64,000 nt of DNA from Camelus dromedarius (Eukaryota), in the NCBI RefSeq assembly GCF_036321535.1, contig NC_087437.1, positions 59,086,001 through 59,150,000 on the forward strand. The letters run 5' to 3'. Positions within the stretch are counted from its first letter, which is position 1. Each line of letters opens with the position of its first letter. The notes beneath the pieces were generated by a model, which did no database searches, was not told where the DNA came from, and was given only the letters and a program-made list of their open reading frames with translations. The translations under genes were made by a program, and so were the position numbers. Of this stretch, positions 48,112 to 60,405 are shown one piece after another.

Positions 48112-48265
48112 CAGTGCCTGTCATACTTTGATGTGCACACCACGCCATCTGGAGATCTTATTAAGATGCAGATTCTAATTTAGTAAGTCTGGGGTGGGGC
48201 CTGAGGGTCTGCATTTCTAACAAGCTCCCCAGTGTTGCCGGACTGCACTTCAGGCTGCCGAGCTC
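48112..48265 (-). mobile_element. MER5A (hAT-Charlie)
   Basis: gatgcagattctaatttagtaagtctggggtggggcctgagggtctgcatttctaacaagctccc. Confidence 0.88.
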
Positions 48266-48269
48266 CAGG

Positions 48270-48515
48270 ACTGAACTACCCAACATGGCTATGGAATGCT
48301 GACAATGGACTGGTCTGAATTGAGATGTGAGGTGACTGAATCAGAGAATGTAAGTGATGTAAGTGTAAAATCAACCCTGGATTTTAAAGACTTAGTAACA
48401 AAACAAAAGAAAGTGAAATAATAATTTTTACATTTGGTGCATGTTGGAAAAATAGTAATTTGAAGATTTCAAATTAAATTAAATGTATTTTTTAATTACA
48501 AGTTTTATTTGTGGG
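48270..48515 (-). mobile_element. MER33 (hAT-Charlie)
   Basis: tctgaattgagatgtg...gtaagtgtaaaatcaaccctggattttaaagacttagta. Confidence 0.8.
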
Positions 48516-48559
48516 AGATACCTGTAGTCCCCTGCCCTAGTCACTAGCCATCTACCTTT

Positions 48560-48860
48560 CTTCCTTAATAGTGTACTTTCAGTTGGGCATATGGTGGTCA
48601 CCTGGGGTAAAGACTACATTTCCCAGCTTCCCTTGCAGCTAGGGGGGATCACCTGACTAATCATTGCATGAAATGTAGGGGAAAGAGTCCTGTGGCTCCC
48701 AGGAATCTTTCTTAAGAGGTTACATAGGTGCAGTCTTTGCCTTCTTCTTCAGTCCTCCTTTCTGCTGCCTGGAATGCAGAGATGTTGCCATCTCAGGCTA
48801 TGAGGTCAAGGCCATGCCCAATAGAACAACAAAATGTGAAGTCCCTGATGGCAGAGATTT
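48560..48860 (+). mobile_element. ERVL LTR fragment (LTR16/LTR33-like)
   Basis: aaagactacatttcccagcttcccttgcagctagg...ttctgctgcctggaatgcagagatg. Confidence 0.75.
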
Positions 48861-48950
48861 TTGTCTTCTTTTTCCTTCCTCTGCTTCTATAATGCCAGTG
48901 CCTAACTAGTGCTTAACAAATATTTGATGATTAAGTGAATGAATAAATGA
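48860..48950 (+). mobile_element. L2 3' terminus
   Basis: gtgcttaacaaatatttgatgattaagtgaatgaataaatgaa. Confidence 0.65.
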
Positions 48951-50304
48951 ACAAGTCTAAGTCTCTGATATTAGGGAGCTTTTGTCAATCCCAGACCACC
49001 CATCTAAATTTTTACACCAGAGACAAACTTCTACCTTGCTTAAACCCAAACCTAATCCTAATCAATACAATATTGAGAAGTTCTATGCCAGAGAAGGTTT
49101 ACTTAAAATGTTTAACTAAACCTCAGTAAATCTAATCACATTTTAAATGCATCGTGATATTCATCTTTTCAATGTTGTGGATTATTTTACCATGCCCAAA
49201 TCCATCCGTTTGTTTATTTAACAAGTTGAGGTTTCAGTACTTCAAGTTTCTAAAACCAAGATATGCCTCTAACAGTACATTCTTACTCACAATTCAAAGC
49301 ACTGTAGAAATTCAACCCAGCAATGGTTTTCCTAACAGCCCAAGTGTATAGGTGAGTTAGCATCAAAAAGTAGCATTTTATAAGATAGAAATGAGCCGAT
49401 TAAGGGAAATCTTTCCATTTCATTCTCCGTCCATTACATTTCATTACTTCTAAACTGAACAGGAATTTTTATATCAGAGAGGTTAGTAATAGCAGATTTT
49501 AAGCACAAGCAAATGTCTTTTTCTTATTTTTAAGAAAAACATTTCACTGCATTCATCCAAGTGTTCGGCCCTGCTGATGTCTGAGAAGAATTATGCCTTC
49601 ATACATTCCCTAAAAGAAAAAAAAAAAAAAAGCTTTGTGGCTTCAGAAAAGCCACCACTCTACTTTATTCTGGTGTGCAAACGGGTAGGGATAAAGTCCA
49701 GTCAACACTGTGTTGGGCACCATGTCCTGGTTCCTGACTCTCAGGGGAGAAAGAGAGGCAGGAGGATTTCAGTAAGTCCCGAATGGACAGCAAGTAAGAC
49801 CAGGGACCAGGTTGGGCTAGAGTGGACAGGGCCAGAGAGGGCCAATATGGACTGACCCTGAGTGTTCGCACTTGGGGCCCTTTCCAAGGACAAGGAGAGC
49901 TGCTATTACCCATCAGCAGGAGGGCAAGAACACCCCTGTGGTTTTTCACCCTTCTGGTTCCCATTGCATGGAGACCTCATCATCCTTCATTCAAACTCGA
50001 GAGGCTTTGAAGTTGTAGGAGGCTGCTTGTCATGTTGGATTCACGACTGGTCACACACAGTTCTATCAGAGGTTCTGCTGCTGGAAAGAGCCCTCTGCTC
50101 TATGACACCAGAGAAATTCTGGAAGAGCAGTTTAATCACATGGCATCCACAATGGCCACAGCATTATCCTATCAGACTGAAAGCCTCATGTTTGTTGTTA
50201 GAGAATTAATCCATAAGCCGAACGCCTGGGCATTTCTTCTCTGGATACACCAGGGAAGCTTCTAGACAGAAGGCATCTGATACATAAGTTCCCTTTCAAT
50301 TGAA

Positions 50305-50309
50305 ATATA

Positions 50310-50345
<36 letters not shown>

Positions 50346-50359
50346 TGTATGTATGTATA
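50305..50359. repeat. (TA)n(TATG)n microsatellite
   Basis: Direct observation. Confidence 0.97.
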
Positions 50360-50559
50360 AATATACCATTGGTACAGATTTCCCCAGAGCTAAGTTCTAA
50401 ATGGAACTGAGTGTCATACCTTTAAAAACTGTGTTTAAAAACTCCAGCAATATTATTTAATAACTGATTTGTAACATCTCAGAGAGGATGTGGATTCTAG
50501 GGTGTCGGGAGGAGGAGGGAGCAGGCAACAAAATACAAATGCTAGAGAGGAGAAGGCAG

Positions 50560-51045
50560 AGAGTGAAGTCCATCTGTGAGGCCAGACATCTGGCAAGCAA
50601 AGGATGCTAAGGGATGAGGTTGAAGGGACCAACGGAGACCAGTGGAGAAGACCGCTGGCTAAGGAAGTGGACTTTGGCCTCCTACAGATGAAGAGGCACT
50701 GAAGACTCTAGAAGCTGAGCAGGACTAGGCCAGATTTGAATTTTGAAGCATAAACCTAATAGCAAAGTGGTTAAACGGATGGAGTTGGGAACCAATGGAA
50801 GCTGCTACTGCAATTGCCCAGGTGAGAGACTGTAACCAGGCAGGGGCATGGAGAGGCGGGGATGGTGGCTGCTTTGGCGGCTGCAGGACTTGGTGTAGGA
50901 GGGAGCAAGATCGGCAGAAGACCTCCAGAGTTCTGACTTGGGGTCTGGGAAAATGGAGGAGGAAGAGCAGCTTGGGAGGAAGAGGGGAGAGCTGTCTGTT
51001 TTGGACAGTGAGTTTGGGATGCTTACAGGACAGCTACATGGAGAG
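50560..51045 (-). mobile_element. L2 segment
   Basis: gaagctgctactgcaattgcccaggtgagaga...ttttggacagtgagtttgggatgc. Confidence 0.65.
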
Positions 51046-51234
51046 ACTTCTGCAAAACTGCCTGGGTCTACATGACCCTCCTTTTTCCAGGCTAAGGGAT
51101 ATCTCTCCACTTTTTCTCACAATATCCTCTGCGTGTGTCAGAGGAGGATGCTGAGGCCCAATGTGGAAGCTGACCCTGAGCACAAAGTGGCTTTCAGCAG
51201 TGGTACTACTTCCTCCCAGGAGCAATTTCCACCC

Positions 51235-51480
51235 TGCTCCCACACTTACTGTGTGCCCAGCACTGGGCCACCAGTTTTCTATGCGCTCTTGATTTATTCC
51301 ACAACAATACTTTGAGGTGGGTATCACCCTCCATCTCCTATGGGCAAGTTGGGAACTATGACTGAGAAAAAAAATCGGTTACAAGTCCAAATTTCACAGC
51401 TAGGAAATAACAGAATTGCTGCTCAAACCAGGCCTGCAAATTCCCCTCAATAAGCTTATACTCAGCTATATCATACTGCT
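51235..51480 (-). mobile_element. MIR SINE
   Basis: cacttactgtgtgcccagcactggg...cacaacaatactttgaggtgggtatc...aaatttcacagctaggaa. Confidence 0.7.
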
Positions 51481-51692
51481 TCTAGATGAGGATGTGAACT
51501 GAAACCTAACCAGTTCTATAACGGGGTCGTTTGCTAGCTCACTCATTCATGTATTCATTCATCAAACTAACATTGAACTCCTATTAAGCACAAAGCATAG
51601 ACATAGTCATCTCCAAGTGGGTACTGGGAATGGGGGGAGAGTTTGTGGTTGTATGAGAACAAATGAGTCTTCTTCTTCAAGGAGTTCTAAAG

Positions 51693-51902
51693 CAGAGGTC
51701 AGCCAACTACAGTCTGGGCACCAAATCCAGCCCATCACCTGCTTTTGTAAATAAAGTTTTATTGGAACACAGCCACACCCATTTGTTCACATGTTGTCTG
51801 TGGCTGTTTTTGCACCAGCTTTTGCACAACAGCAACCAAATGGCCCACAAAGCTTAAGGGATTTACTATCTAGCCCTTTACAGAAGAAGTTGCCAACCCC
51901 TG
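51693..51902 (+). mobile_element. MER58A (hAT-Charlie), full length
   Basis: cagaggtcagccaactac...ttttgtaaataaagttttattggaacacagccac...gaagttgccaacccctg; 8-bp flanks ttctaaag/gtctagaa fit the NTCTAGAN target preference. Confidence 0.93.
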
Positions 51903-52699
51903 GTCTAGAATCAGAATCACAGAGGCCATAGACTATGATAAAATCTAGATTATTAAAATGGCACAAATAAAGAGCTGAGGGGACCCTGAGAAGAGGGACT
52001 AAAGCCACAGGCAGGATTCACCCAGGAGGAAGTTTTCAAAACTGAAAACCATTTTGAAAGCAATGGGATATTTGTAGCAGACTCCAGTCCGGAGCACGTC
52101 CCCAGGGTACCTGTGCTTGAATGCACACAGTCCAGGATAGGGTAAGAGATGCTCAGGCACTTGGAAAGTAATCATCCAAGTTCTCTCCAGAGCTGCAGAA
52201 GTCAGGGCAGTGCTGCTGGCTCTGTCGTTGCTGAGCTACGGAACCTTAAGCCAATCTACTTACCTCCTAGTCCCCAGATGCCAGCTTCCTCTTACTGGCC
52301 TAACAGGTTGTGAGAGGCAAATGGCAGGGGGGTGTGGAATCCCTGAGTGATTTGTGAAAAATTTAAGCATTTTGTAAATCCTGGGGGGCCTTCAAGTGGC
52401 TGTATGCATACATAGACTGCCTTGAAGATAATCACATGTAGCACTTAGAAGCAAAACTGTCAGTCCTGAATACAAAATTGTCTTTGTCCCTGGCTGAGCA
52501 TACTCTATTCCTTATTAATTCACTCCGAATGCAGCTTGGTAGGTTATAAAAGAGTCCTTCCCTGAGAGGAGTCATTTTCAAGCTGGGAATGTGTGGACAT
52601 CCCATCCCAAGAGATCATAGTGTATTCTTTCAGAGGTGGAGGTAGCCCAGAGATAGGAGCTGTTCTGAGTTGATGCTGGAGGTCTGAACCCCAGGGAAC

Positions 52700-53230
52700 A
52701 CATTTTGTCTGGAACCATCACAAAGGGGTGTTTACAGATCATCGGCCAGCTGGGCCAGCTCTGCTAGACACCCTGTTCCCTGCTTCCTCACCCTTCCTCC
52801 AGGAAGCACCTCCTCTGGCCCAGCCTTGATGATGCTTTTCCGCTCACACCCTTGAACCCACATCCCGGGCCCAAGGGGGAGCCCACTGGCCAGCCCGCAG
52901 CACCTGGCTCGCCTTCCTCCACACTGGGCCAAAGCCTCAGACGCAGAAGAAACCAGAGCTCGCTCAGCTGGCCAGCGCCTGGGCTTCCTGTCCAAGTGTT
53001 TGCGGCTGGGCTTCCTGCTGACGGAAGGGCGGCTGCGGCGCTCCTCTGACATCCCAAGAGGTGGCTCCCGGGGCCCCGGCCGCCGAGCACGTCCAGCTGG
53101 CACCCAGTGCAGGGGCCAGAGCTGCACTGCGTGCAGCTGTCAGCCGACATTCACAGGGATGCTGGGGTCAGGCCTGGAGAGCTATAAAGGGGATTCCTTT
53201 GGGGAGAGAGGAAGCTGTGAATCAGACCAG
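52700..53230. promoter_or_regulatory. GC/CpG-rich enhancer- or promoter-like block with ETS, FOX and TATA motifs
   Basis: TGTTTAC 52729; ctgggcttcctg at 52979 and 53006; CGGAAG about 53022; TATAAAGG 53183-53190. Confidence 0.45.
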
Positions 53231-53574
53231 AAACCCGGGAGCTCAGGCTTGTCCCGGGCAGACGGCCAGAGCATGCCTCACATAACCCCCTCACTCCACA
53301 CTGACAGACCCCCTTCGCTTGGGCTCATCTCCTTCGCCACCTGCACACTTTCGCCTGCACCCCTTCGTGAGTCTCCACCACTCAGCTTCCCTCTGCTCCA
53401 GGTGGGCTGGGAACTGGGCCCAAGCACCCAGATCATAGCCCACCCTGGCTCTGACCTCATGCCCTTGAGGAATTTAACTTCACGGAGAATCAGCTTCCTT
53501 TTCGCAAGTGGGAACTGGAGAGTAAAAATATTTTCTGAGCCTACCATGTTTATTTTCCCATGTTTCCAGGGCGG

Positions 53575-53735
53575 TGACATAGGAAATGGGGTTAGACTTG
53601 TTCTCTAGAGTGCCGGAGGTCAGCACAAGCATTCCACAGAGGTAGAATTCAGTTTAAATAAGGGAGAACTAACCCACACAAAAGCTGTCTCCTCAGGCAG
53701 TGAGCATCCTGTTACTGGAGGTATTCAACAGGAAT
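53575..53735 (+). mobile_element. L3/MIR3 3' fragment
   Basis: ggggttagacttgttctctagag...gtgagcatcctgttactggaggtattcaacag. Confidence 0.7.
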
Positions 53736-53739
53736 TATT

Positions 53740-53850
53740 TCCAGAGACTTTCAAGCGCTAGACTGTAAGCTCTGTGAGGGTCCCTATTCTCCATTCCTGC
53801 TGAAGGACAGGCAACCAGCACAGTGCCTGCCAACAAGTAAGTGTTCGTGT
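53740..53850 (+). mobile_element. L2 3' terminus
   Basis: ctagactgtaagctctgtgaggg...cagcacagtgcctgccaacaagtaagtg. Confidence 0.7.
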
Positions 53851-55929
53851 ATTTGTGGAAGAGAGGAAGAAAGAAGGAGGGAGGGAGGGAGGAAGGAAAA
53901 AAAAAAAACAGGGAAGGAAAGAGGGAAGCAGATGGGGGTTAGAAAAAATGGAAAGGGTTACCTTTAAGAACTTTGGAACACAGATTCCTCTTTTAGGAGA
54001 GAGTTTGGACATGCTGACTGCAATTGTCTTTTTAACTCTATGATGATAAGACAAGGATTTTAGGTGCCCATTCCAAGGAGACCATCAACTCCAAAACCAA
54101 GCTGAGCAACCCTCCGGCAATGGTGTGTGTCCACAGGCACAGGCCTTTCTACCCAAGGACTCTGCGGTCTACAGCCCCTACACATATGTGTTGTCCCTCA
54201 CTTCCCTGAAAACTTCAGGGTCCCCAAGTGAAAGATGCAGAGCCTGAGGTTCAAAGATAATAAATGACTTGTCTGAGCTGAGACTTATCCTCGGGCGTCC
54301 TGATCCTGAGTCCAGTATCCCCTCAATAGACACGTCAGTCTGTCTTACGGCCTGCCACCCAGCTTCCTGCCCCTAAGGACCGATACTATGGTCTAAAATG
54401 AAAGCTGGTGCTTCATTAAAAGCACCAGAGGTTCCTCTATCCTTTGAAAAATGTATAGGAAACATCTTCTTTAAAGAAAAAAAAAAATCCTCCTTTTCTC
54501 TGCCTCGCTCCCAGCAGGAACACCGCTTGGGCATGACCACTAATTGTGGTAACCAATAGAGGATCTGGGACTACTTCCAGAGGAGAGTTGACTTTCCAGG
54601 GCCAGCCCTCTGGATCACCGCTTGGAAAGATGCATTCTTTTCCAAAGTTCTGACAAGTTGGTGATCAGACAGGTCACCTTCTTGTTTGCCCTCCCCTCCG
54701 TGCTCTGCACTCTCTCTCTCACAGGGGGCTGACCCTGCAGGTCCCAACCAGCCAGGAGACTGGGGGGAGGGGTATGGAAACCAGAGTCTTCCTCCTCCTT
54801 CTCCCTTTACCTGGCAGATCACCTCTGGGGTCTCAATTCCAGCCAGGGAACCTCTGCCAGGCTTCCAGCTCTTTCCCGGTTCTGGAAACATTATCTCTTC
54901 TCCAACCTTCCAGCAGGAATGGTGCCATTTTCCCGTGGTTGCTACTCTCAAGGCTGCCTTTCACCCAAAGTTGCCCTTTCATCTCTCCCAATGCCTTTAT
55001 AACTAGTTTCCCTCTGTGGAGGTTTCTGGAATAGGTTATGTTTTCTGCCTGGACTCTGACCGATTTCACGTCAGTGTGAGTCAGCTGAGACCCAGCCCAG
55101 AGAGGGTTAACCAGATGGAAATATGGGACAGTTCTATCTTGACCACCTTAAGGAGAGTCAGAGGCAGGCCAGGAGGCTCCTGAGGAAGGACCGGGTCTGC
55201 ATTTGCCTGGGAATGAGGAGATGGGCCAAGTGCACCCATGGCTCCGCATGGGAACCAGTCAGCACACTTGTCCCACTGCAGGCCCCTTTCCCTCTCACAA
55301 GGCCTCACCGGCCCAGCGCCCTTCAGTGCTAGGACACAGTCAGCGCTTCTCACACGCAAGGGCCAGACAGCGTGACTCAGCTTCTCAGAGCTCTGAGCAA
55401 GCCAAGCTTCCAGGTCCAGAAGCTTCAAGGTCACCTCTATCGAGGCAGAGAGAAAGGCTCCCTCTGCAACGTCAGCAAAGCAAGCAGGTGTCTTCCCACT
55501 CCCAAACTCGTGCCACCTGGGGCTCAAAGACAGACATGGTCTCTTCCTTTTCCTACCCTCACCCCACCTCCAAGGCTCACTCCCTTAGGTAGGGGTCCAA
55601 TGAGGACTTTTAACAGCCTTGCCTGAGCAGGGACCCAAGGGGAGGCTGTATGCTCTGAAAATGTTATTCATGAGCACCATAATCACGTAGAAAGGAGAAA
55701 ATCTGGGTCTCACCTGTAGATCTATGTGGACCTACTACGTGCTTGTTGCTGAGATAAGTACTTTCACATGTTCTATGTCATTTCATCAGTCTATAGTGGA
55801 AAAGAATCAGACCCCCACCCCCACCCCAAATGCATCTTGCTCCATTCAACGTATCTTTATTGGGTACCTGCCAGGTACTAGGCATTCTGCAAAGGTGAAT
55901 GAACTACGGTTCCTGCCTTCCAGGAAAGT

Positions 55930-56160
55930 TAAGAACCTGCGGTTTGGAATCAGCCAGACCCGCCTGGGTTTGAATACGGACTCCAGCAATTAGTATTTCT
56001 GTCACCTTGAGCAAGTAACTTGCCCCTGTGCCTCAGTTTCCTCATCTATGAAAAGGGCATAATGATAATCTTGTTTCACTGAGTTGTTGAAAGATCCATG
56101 TAAGTAACAAACTTGGCAAGTCCCAGCACGTGGTAAACACTTGTCAACAAGTAGTAACTA
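55930..56160 (+). mobile_element. MIR SINE, near full length
   Basis: ggaatcagccagacccgcctgggtttgaatacgg...tcaccttgagcaagtaacttgcccctgtgcctcagtttcctcatctatgaaaaggg. Confidence 0.9.
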
Positions 56161-56691
56161 ATTTTTTTTAATTAATAAATACGTAGCATGGGGTGGGGTG
56201 TGAAAAGCATTTTTGAAGGGTGCCCAGCTACTTCTGCTAACACTGTGAGTACATCACGAAGCCCTCCCACTGCAGAATAGGATAAAACGTGGCCCTTCCT
56301 TTCTCAACCTGACCTCAGAGGCATCCCGCACGCCCTCGCCCTCGGTCCCCCTGGCAGGCCCTGCCGCCACCTCTCTGAGTTGCCGGATGTCCGTTGAGGT
56401 CCAAGGTTTGGAGAGTTTCCGGGACTGGCGGGGTCACACTGCAGCTGGGCGGTGTCTGGCAGCCCCACCCTTCCTGGCAGCCAGGCCTCCTCCCTGGTCT
56501 CTGAAAGCCTGCCAAGGCAGGGGGCGCGCGGGCGGAGGGAGACGGAAGGTCCTGCGCCAACGTTTGCCCTAAGGGATGCCTGCAGAGAGGGTGGGGGTGG
56601 TAGGAGGGAGGAGGGAGGGGGCAGGGCAGACGGCTACCCTCCACCTCCTTATCGTGCCACACTGAGAATCTCGTCTCTGAAAGTGCCAAGT

Positions 56692-56705
56692 GCGCCTCCT
56701 AGTGG
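56692..56705 (-). promoter_or_regulatory. Probable CTCF site within a weak CpG island (about 56290-56765)
   Basis: Reverse complement CCACTAGGAGGCGC vs core CCASYAGRKGGCRS (13 of 14 match); about 27 CpG in about 480 bp. Confidence 0.55.
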
Positions 56706-56829
56706 GGAAGGAATATGCGCGTTCCCATTCGGCTGCCCCCCCCCGAAAGGTGGGGCGCCTTTCCCAGGCCTATTGGACCATGGCAGTATCAGTCCCATTC
56801 CACAGGACCTCACAGTTGAAAAAGCCCTT

Positions 56830-56970
56830 CAAATCTAATTCCCGCAACAATTTAGTGATTTTTCCGGGGGGGCACATTTTAACACCCCATTTCACAGATG
56901 AGAACACGGAGTTGGTCCCTGGCAGTCTTTGGCAGAACCTGGACTTGAAACCAGGGCTTTTCATTCTCCC
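56830..56970 (-). mobile_element. MIR SINE
   Basis: caccccatttcacagatgagaacacggag...ggacttgaaaccaggg. Confidence 0.7.
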
Positions 56971-58119
56971 TTCCATAGGCTTTTGTCAGTGCACGAACCT
57001 GAAAAAGGGAGACATGGCCACCTCCTTGCCCACTGCCCACCGCCCTTCACCCTACCTCGCACCAAACATCGCACCATCTTGAAAATAGGACTGGTTCTTT
57101 TTTTTTTTTGCCTTCAATGACAAGAACCTCAGTGCCCAGGGGTAGCCTGATTAAACCCACCCCTTTCCTGTAAGACCATCCTGCGTTTTCAAACCGGCAT
57201 ATCTAAGAGTCAGCCTTCCCCTCCACCCAGGGGCCTGCCCCACTGCTCTTCAAGAGAAAAAAAGGCTTTCTGCTCACTGTGGTCAGATCTAGGGCACAGA
57301 AAGTCTCCTCTGGCTGGACCACACACTAGCTGTGCTGAGCCCATGCAGCTCAAAGACTGAGGGGTTGGGGGCTGGGGGAGTGACTCCAGCCCTGTCAACC
57401 CCATGCCCCCTGCCCTGGCAGAGCTGGGCTGGAGAGGGGCCATCTTGGAGCCACTCACTCATCAGGAAGGGGGAGGTGACCCCTGCCCTATCTTCTTCTT
57501 GAAAACAAAGTCCTTCCTTTGAGCTCTCCAGAAGCTGGCCTCCCGCTCTGAATGTGGCCACATGCGGACCTTGGGATCTCCAGTTCCTGGGGACCCAGCT
57601 GCCACTGGCGCCTCTCATACAGAGCAGTGCTGAAGAGGTGGGCGTGGGGTCCGCATCCTACGAGGAGGGTCTCCCAGGCCTGGGAGCCTGTTCTCCCTGG
57701 GCTCCAGGAGGGGCGGCTCACTGCAGATCATGCCAGGGGACAGAGCTGGGTCAGGGCTCAAGGACAGGGCAGGCAGACACTGAACTGTGTTTTCTGGGAA
57801 GGCAGCCAGCCCTCATGCCCTCAGGCTTCCGGGTACTGAGGAGAGTGGCAGAGCAGGCACCCGCCACCACCCCAGACGCTGGCTAGGCACAGCCCGGCCT
57901 CGTCTCTGAGCCAGAGCACTGCAGCAGGAGGGATACACCACCCAGCACTGTCCCTCGGCCACTGCTTCACGAACTAAAGGATGTGACATCTAAGGGCGGA
58001 GGGGCATGACCTGAGGCCTCAGCCCCATGCCCCGGTCTTCAGAGGTCTCCCTGCAAGCACATCCTGTCCCCCCGACTATGCTGAGCTGTTTGAGGGCAGG
58101 GCAAGGCATTTGATTTGGC

Positions 58120-58330
58120 CTCAAAAAACATGGGTTCTCTTTCTGGTTAGTGTTGCCATCTCCTTTTGGGACGGCCCCGTCATTTCGCCCCGAGCCTCAG
58201 TTTCCTCAGCTGTACCGGGGCAGCAGCCCCTGCTGTGCCCAGCTCCCAGGCAGCGGGAGACTGAAATAGTGTGGGACAACTGTGCGGTCCACATTCATGT
58301 GAGGCTTCTCGTTGTTACTAACATCTCACT
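58120..58330 (+). mobile_element. MIR SINE (degenerate)
   Basis: ccccgagcctcagtttcctcagctgtacc. Confidence 0.55.
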
Positions 58331-60154
58331 GACCTGGGTTAGAACGTGCACTTTCCACACGAAGAGGAAATGAAGAACCAGGAGAGTGTGAGCAGCTGGC
58401 CGGCAGACCCCCGCCTTCCTCAGCCGTCTACTCTGAGGCCCAAGGAGTATCAATTCCAGGGCCCTGGGTGACTGATAGAGGGGGTGCCCGCCAGGCTGAG
58501 GGCAGGAGGCAGGAGTGACCCTGAGGGGAGCCCCAGCATGTGACTGTAGGGGGCCAGAACCCCACCCTCATTTGTCCCTCAGTAGAAGGGCCCGCCTGCC
58601 TCTCAGAGGATGCGGGGGCTCTCCTGGGCCCTCTCTGGGTTGCTCGGGGAGCACCTGGGAGCCACATTTCTAGGGAAGTAAATGGGGCTTGGACAAACAG
58701 TGAGGGGGTAAAACCAGGTCGTAGGAGAAAGAGCTGAAGGGACTTAGGCAGTTCATCCCAGATTGGGAGAACTGTCTGCCAACAGCACAGTCACAGAAGA
58801 GGGGGTTGGACCTTATCTGACCCCAAAGGGCCCTAGAGTACACGTGTATTTAGAGGGCAGGCTTTGACTACTCTAAGAAAGAACCTTCTATGAGCTAAGC
58901 TATCCCACAAAGAACAGACAAGTTCCTAGGCAGTGAACTCCTGGTCCCCGGAGGTGTTCTGTGCTCAGATTGGACAGATGTGGTGGTAGGAGTTGACGCT
59001 ATAAAGGCGATCATGAGCTAAGGACATTAGGGATCCTCCCCACTTCCCGGGGATCCCGGGATTCGCTAGCCAGCAAAGGATGCAAGCTCCTTCCTGGTAT
59101 GAATTAGCTGGCGCTGCCGAAGAGGGTTATTCAAAAGAGCAGTGCTTGGCGAGAGTGTGTTGTGGGTACCGCCCAAAGCCTTGCACATATCGTACACATG
59201 AGCCACAGGCAGGAGGGGCCCTGGCATTTATTGGGACAGGCAGTTTAACGAGTTATAAACCATTCTGTTCCCATGTACCCATCTGTTGACACAAAAAAGT
59301 GTCTCTCTCTCCCATCGCTGTGTAAATAGAGCCCACAGAGGCTCCTCAACACACTGCCATGAAGCACGTGGCTTTCCCAGAGCCAGGAAAAACAAGTCCG
59401 TGCAGAGAATAACCCACCCTGCAACGTGGCAAGCCGATTGTTCACGGCTGGGTGGTCTCCTGGTCACACAAGAGTTTGGCGTGTGGCCTTCATCCGCCAA
59501 AATCCACACTCCAGTCACGCTGAGTCAGGAGGGAGGAAGGTGCCAGGGTTGCTGGGGGGGGTGGGGTGGTGACCTGTTTCTCAGGAGGCTGGAACCCGCC
59601 CCACCGTGGTGTCACAGAGCTTCTTGTCAATTCAGCCACCCCCTCAGCCTCGAACCCAGACCAGCAGCTGGTCGGCTATAGACCAGCAGTTGGTGTGAGG
59701 AAAGCCAGCAGCCAAGAGTCACCAAGGTGAGGAACAATCTTCATCTTAAAAGGGGGCCCCACTCAAACCCCCCAGGAAAGTGCAGCTCTTCGTGGAAAGC
59801 TGCTGGGTTCCTTCAGGCAAATTAATATCGGCGGAGCCGAGGACGTTTTCTCTTGGTCTCATCAGTACCACAGCAGACGGCCTAACTTTTCAGGGCTGGG
59901 ATGGTCAGATGTCACCCAGAAGTGAAGCGAAGAGCCAAAGAGAGACCAAAAGCGCCTGCCCCTGGCCTGTCCCATGGGAAGTCAGTGGTCAAGCCCAATC
60001 CAGGACCCGTCTCCTGAATCCATTCTCTTTCCACCGAGCCTCCCTTTGTGTGGATTGCAGAATTAAAGAGGAGGCATCCTCTTGACACCTGCTGCCTCTC
60101 CCTCTCTCCCTCTCTCTTCAGACCTTGGACCCAGCAAGCTTGCGCTGACCACCC

Positions 60155-60405
60155 ACTTGCTGCGCCCTCGGCCTGGAGTGCCCTTCCCCAGCATCTGCGG
60201 CTGGCCTCAGCTCAAAAGCTGCCTCCTCTAGGAAGCCTTCCCTGACCTGCCCAGCGTTAATTCCCTGCAAAGAACACTCTGATGTTTTCTTGTTGATTTT
60301 CACGTGGGTGTATATGTGTATGTGTTTAATCTGTCTCCTCCCAATAAAATTTAAATATCAAGACAGTAGGAACTGGGCGGTATTTAACAAATATGGTTCA
60401 GTGAC
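60155..60405 (+). mobile_element. L2 3' segment
   Basis: ctcagctcaaaagctgcctcctctaggaagccttccctgacc...atctgtctcctccc. Confidence 0.7.

Noticed and set aside
50032-50265. 77-aa ORF with a protein-like look (LEEQFNHMASTMATAL...)
   Set aside because: Short, TTG-initiated, with no recognisable family or flanking splice signals.
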